Assembly: GCF_009914755.1 (NCBI RefSeq)
Contig: NC_060942.1
Reading direction: 5' to 3' (one strand)
DNA length: 64,000 nucleotides
Source of the DNA: the human T2T-CHM13v2.0 reference genome, Homo sapiens
Part shown: one piece after another, positions 59,870 to 64,000 of the stretch
Position numbering within the stretch: position 1 is the stretch's first letter
Layout of the letters: each line of letters starts with the position of its first letter
Translations under genes and position numbers: made by a program
The notes under the pieces: model-generated
What the model was told of the DNA's origin: nothing
The model's database searches: none
The model's input: only the letters and a program-made list of their open reading frames with translations

Positions 59870-62040
59870 TCCACTAGAAATGAATAGGAGCTTAAAGTCA
59901 GAGTTTTAAAGTGATAAGAGGGAACTTTGGTAGCTTGGGAGGGATATTAGATCATTATATAGGCCCTAGGGGAAAGGAGATAAGGTTTTAATACAACACA
60001 AAAAAAGAAGAGAATGGTCTCAAAGCTACGAAATAAGCAGGGACTCATACTCTCTATCAAAAGGCAGAATCCTGGAAAGCTTGGCCCCTTGGGAGACTAG
60101 AAAAAGCCCATTCCTCAAGGAGATGAATCTATGTCCAAGACCCTATGAAAAAAATATGTGTAAGGTATCAAATCTGAATTGACACCATAATAAATGGTAC
60201 GAGAATCCCAAAACCAAGAAATTGGTTCTTTAACCATGGTCCTTGACTCGTGAGGATCTCTGCATATGTAGCATATGTACTTAAACAAGACAAACACTTG
60301 TACAACCAAGAACCTTCCGGGTCTGATGAAAAGTAATAACCTTAGTTTCAAAAATTTGCAGTGCAAAAATCACAAACTACTCCAGAAAATCATTTATTGA
60401 AAGATTGCAGAAACACAAACAAGATTAGAAAATCCAAGAAGCTGACCTAATCTATGAATCCAAAAAATGCTACAAAATAAAATAATGACATTTAAAATAA
60501 AATCAGCATGTTAAAGATGGAATAAAAATATAACTAAGGAAGCATATACTATTAAAATAGTGTGTAGAAATTTTAGAGAAAAAATTGCCATTAAAATTAA
60601 AGGTATAATAGTTTAATAGCAGACACTACTTAAAAGAAAATCGCATTGATAAAGCATATCCAGTCATTTGTAGAATAAATGTCATAAATCTACACCTAAA
60701 GAAAGACCTACATGTAAGAGCTAACACTAAGAAAACAATGGAGTGATACTACACGGCCTTGGATTCAGCAGTGTACTGATTCCCAGATATGACACTGAAA
60801 GTGCAAGTAACAAAAGCATTCTATCTACATGGAAAAAATAAAACTAGACGCTTACTTCCTACCAATCTAAAAATTCGTTCCAGGCTTACTAAAAGTACAA
60901 ATATGAAAAACAAAACTTAAAAGTTCTGGAATACAATATTTAATGTATCTTTCCTTTAAAGTGGTGAAAGATATCTTAAGGTACAAAAAAATCATAAAAT
61001 AAAGGAAAAGATGGAAATTTAGCTAATTAAAATCTCTGAGAAAAATGTAGTAAATTAAAAATACAAACTACAGACTGGGAAAATATATTTCCAACTCATG
61101 TAATTGACAGTGGACTCCGATCAAATATATATTAAAAAATACTTAAAACCCAATAATGAAAGATAAATAACCCAATAGAAAAGTGGCCAAAGGTCATGAA
61201 TGGCAATTTATAGAAGAGGAAAGATGAATATACAATAAACAAATGAAAATAGTTCCATTCTTACTTGTTTCAGTGAAATGCAAACTAAAACAATGATGCG
61301 ATATTTTTACACCTGTCATGCTGACAAAAATTTAGTCTGTTAACACCAAGTATTAGTGAGATGAGGGAATAGGAATGGTTATATACTGATGGTGGTGGTA
61401 TAAATTGGCATAGCACATTGGAAAGCTAAAGATATGATTAACCTAAAGTCCAGAAATGTCTTTTTCTGGACTCATATATCTTAGAAAAACTTACATATTT
61501 ACTCAACAAGATATATACCAGAATGTTTACTGCTTGATTGTTCATAGATGGGAAAATTTGAAAACGAACTTCATACGTCTATCAGTAATGAAATAGATAA
61601 ATAAGCCATGGTAGAATCACATGTTAGTATGAATGAACTAGATCTGCAACTATCAATACAGATAAATATTTTTAAAATATTAAATTAATAAAGCAAGTTG
61701 TAAAAGGATTTACATAATATAATGTGCAAAATTTGAAAACACTTTTAACAATACTATTTTTATGATGATACTATGTTATGATGTTACATATGAATGAAGC
61801 AGCAAAAACGTCTCAAAAATGGCACAAGCATCTCCAGGACATGTTTATCTCTAGGGAGTCAGAGTAATGGGACGGAGAGGAGGGCCTTAGCTGCAGCTGT
61901 AACGTTTTAATTCTTTAAAAATAAAATTATCTGAAACAAATATGAAAAACTAATATTCAGTAAATATGAGTGGTAGATGTCTGTCATAATTTTTTGAATT
62001 TTGGGGGAAGAATTTTCTTACTTAAAAATTGTCAGATAAA
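59870..62040 (+). mobile_element. Old L1M/HAL1-like fragments ending in an L1ME 3' end
   Basis: ORF2 C-terminal motifs (aacccaatagaaaagtggccaaagg, gaaatgcaaactaaaacaa). Boundaries are uncertain. Confidence 0.62.
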
Positions 62041-63320
62041 TAAAACACGTTCTTCCATTTATTCAACACAAACTCTGCACTAGGCACTGGAAAAGCAAAG
62101 GCAAACAAGGCACAGTCCTTCCCACTGTAGAATTCAGAGTCTTTGATGGAAGATGGGCACATAACCAAATAAATGCCTTAATATGTGATGATGGCAGAGA
62201 TAAATAACATATGTACGTAAAAGATACAGGGAACACATACAAAAAGATTAATCAATTCCACTTAAGATTGGAAGAGTCTTAAGGGTCTTTTAAAAAGTGA
62301 TTACAAGTGGTTTCTCCACCAATGAGAACAATTTAACTCCCAAGCATTGGCTCACATTTCAACCCATCCACAATTACAGTTATATCAGTATCTAGACAAG
62401 GAAATAGAGCCATAATACTTGAAATCACAACGGTCTCTGTGATTTTAAAACTCTTTGCCTTGAAAGAACTTGCGCAAATAAATTCATGAGGAAGGGCCTG
62501 ACACAGGCCCCTAGATACAACAGTAGGGCTTAATGTGAAATGAGTTACTGAAGATATAAATTTGGCGAAAGGGGTCATAAGAAGTCAGTTTCAAGTTGAT
62601 CCTTAAGCCACATACTTGTCCCAGCTGGACAAACCAAGGTCAATTACTCTGAACTTTGTGAATCTCAGCCAGCTCTACAATTGTATCAGGATACTACTTC
62701 CTCATATTGTACAGCTCATTATTTTTAAAAGTTCAGTCTATATAATGCTCTTGGGGAAAGATTTCTTTCCTTCAGAATTGTTCAAGGAACTCTCCAAATT
62801 ACAGCCTCAAATTCTTCCCCATATATTTAAACGACCTAGTAGTGACCAGAATGTAAGCTATTTATTGTTTAAAGAACCACCCCCTCTTATGAATGATTTA
62901 ATGATTCTTCCAAAGGTGTGGCAAGTTTTCATCAATAAGTTGGAAGCCTTGGTTTCTCAGGTTAGTATTCTATCCATGATCCAGCCGATCACTTTATTGA
63001 TGTCCATCATTAAACATAATCCATACAGCTTGTATGGACTTCCCCTTGGTATTGACTCCAAAAACAAGAATCAGGTAAGGGTACTGTGGTCATTTCATCC
63101 ATCTTTCAAGCCAAGACACTTGTGTGTGTGCCAGAGGTTAATCCTTTTATTTAACATTTAGGGAATTAACACATAGTTATAAGGTCAATATAAGCCTTCC
63201 AATGGAAGTACTTTATTTGGTTTAATTTATTCTTCAAGGAGAAATGAACAATTCTAGGACCTTTATGAGGCAATGGATCTTTACAACATAGAAATTACTC
63301 TAAAGTTTACAATTAGTTGA

Positions 63321-63357
63321 ACACACACACACACGCACACACAAACACGCACACACA
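63321..63357 (+). repeat. Imperfect (CA)n
   Basis: Visible interrupted CA run. Confidence 0.9.
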
Positions 63358-63554
63358 TAAAGGTGCTCCATATGAGGTTAAGATTAAAATTTGGGTCATT
63401 TTTAGGATTTGTTAGTGATCATCCTTGTTTTCCCAAAAATGCAGAAGGCAGAACCAATAAGCATGGAGGCAAAATTTCTGGAAAAATATTTTACGTTAAC
63501 ATAACATTCTCAGGAAACTTCTATAATTACCAATGTTACTGAAAGGCATTAGAG

Positions 63555-63658
63555 GAGCAAAAATACTTTTGACGATAAAGGAGTTAGTATTGACAATCAT
63601 GCTAGGACAACAGGCATTATCCAGGACCATCCAGGAAACCAGGACATACGGTGATCAC
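63555..63658. mobile_element. hAT-Blackjack MITE (MER94-like)
   Basis: ggacaacaggcattatccaggaccatccaggaaaccaggacatacggtga resembles the recalled MER94 terminus. Confidence 0.55.
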
Positions 63659-64000
63659 AGGTACCTCCAGTAAGGACTAATACATGGCTGCTTGTGGTTA
63701 CGACTCATTCAGGCCTTAGGGATATATTGTGTAATAATTTCATTCCACAGCATTCTGTAGGAGGTTACATTGCTCAAAGTTTAGATGTTCTATGGATCTC
63801 TTCCTGAGGTTTATTTTTATGGCCATAGTGGGCATTTGTTACCACCCACTTTGAAACTGTTCCAAACAAAAATTCTTGTGGCCATGTTTTGGGGGCCTCG
63901 GTCACCCATCTGTTCATGTACTGGAATAAACTTAAAATTATTTTTAGGGAAAATCTTGGCTTACTCCTCAGTACTTGCTCAGCCCATCACTCTGTGAGTT

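Noticed and set aside
61447-61472. 10-bp perfect hairpin; similar 7-8 bp stems occur near 54039, 62494 and 63020
   Set aside because: Too short for a miRNA or structured RNA, and within chance expectation.
62616-63161. 181-aa ORF, the longest in the window
   Set aside because: TTG start, no recognisable domain, and L/I/F/S-rich composition typical of AT-rich non-coding DNA. It would need PhyloCSF or Ribo-seq support.
63751-63807. ttccacag followed by HSVGGYIA, resembling a lipase GxSxG motif
   Set aside because: A stop follows after 18 codons and there is no good donor site. Likely chance.

Overview
AT-rich primate genomic DNA, most likely human because one Alu carries AluYb8 diagnostic bases. 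I find no protein-coding exon, RNA gene, CpG-island promoter or CRISPR array. Roughly half of the window is interspersed repeat: old L1s (mostly + strand), about 16 Alu/FLAM elements, ERV1/ERVL/MaLR LTRs (MER4-like x2, THE1B x2, MSTA, LTR8-like, LTR32-like, MLT1), Tigger and hAT MITEs, L2 and MIR, plus several simple repeats. The listed ORFs are decayed L1 or Alu frames, low-complexity artefacts, or short unrecognised frames with no coding support. Subfamily names come from recalled consensus sequences and were not computed. I found no convincing new biological system. The most notable observations are: (1) an ancient multi-switch inverted templated duplication at 2.1-3.5 kb that copied an LTR/L1 junction, with a second fold-back structure next to it; (2) a chimeric Alu at 54875 with five AluYb8 diagnostics but no Yb 7-bp insertion; (3) a near-consensus CTCF site in a locally CpG-retaining patch at about 28.9 kb.
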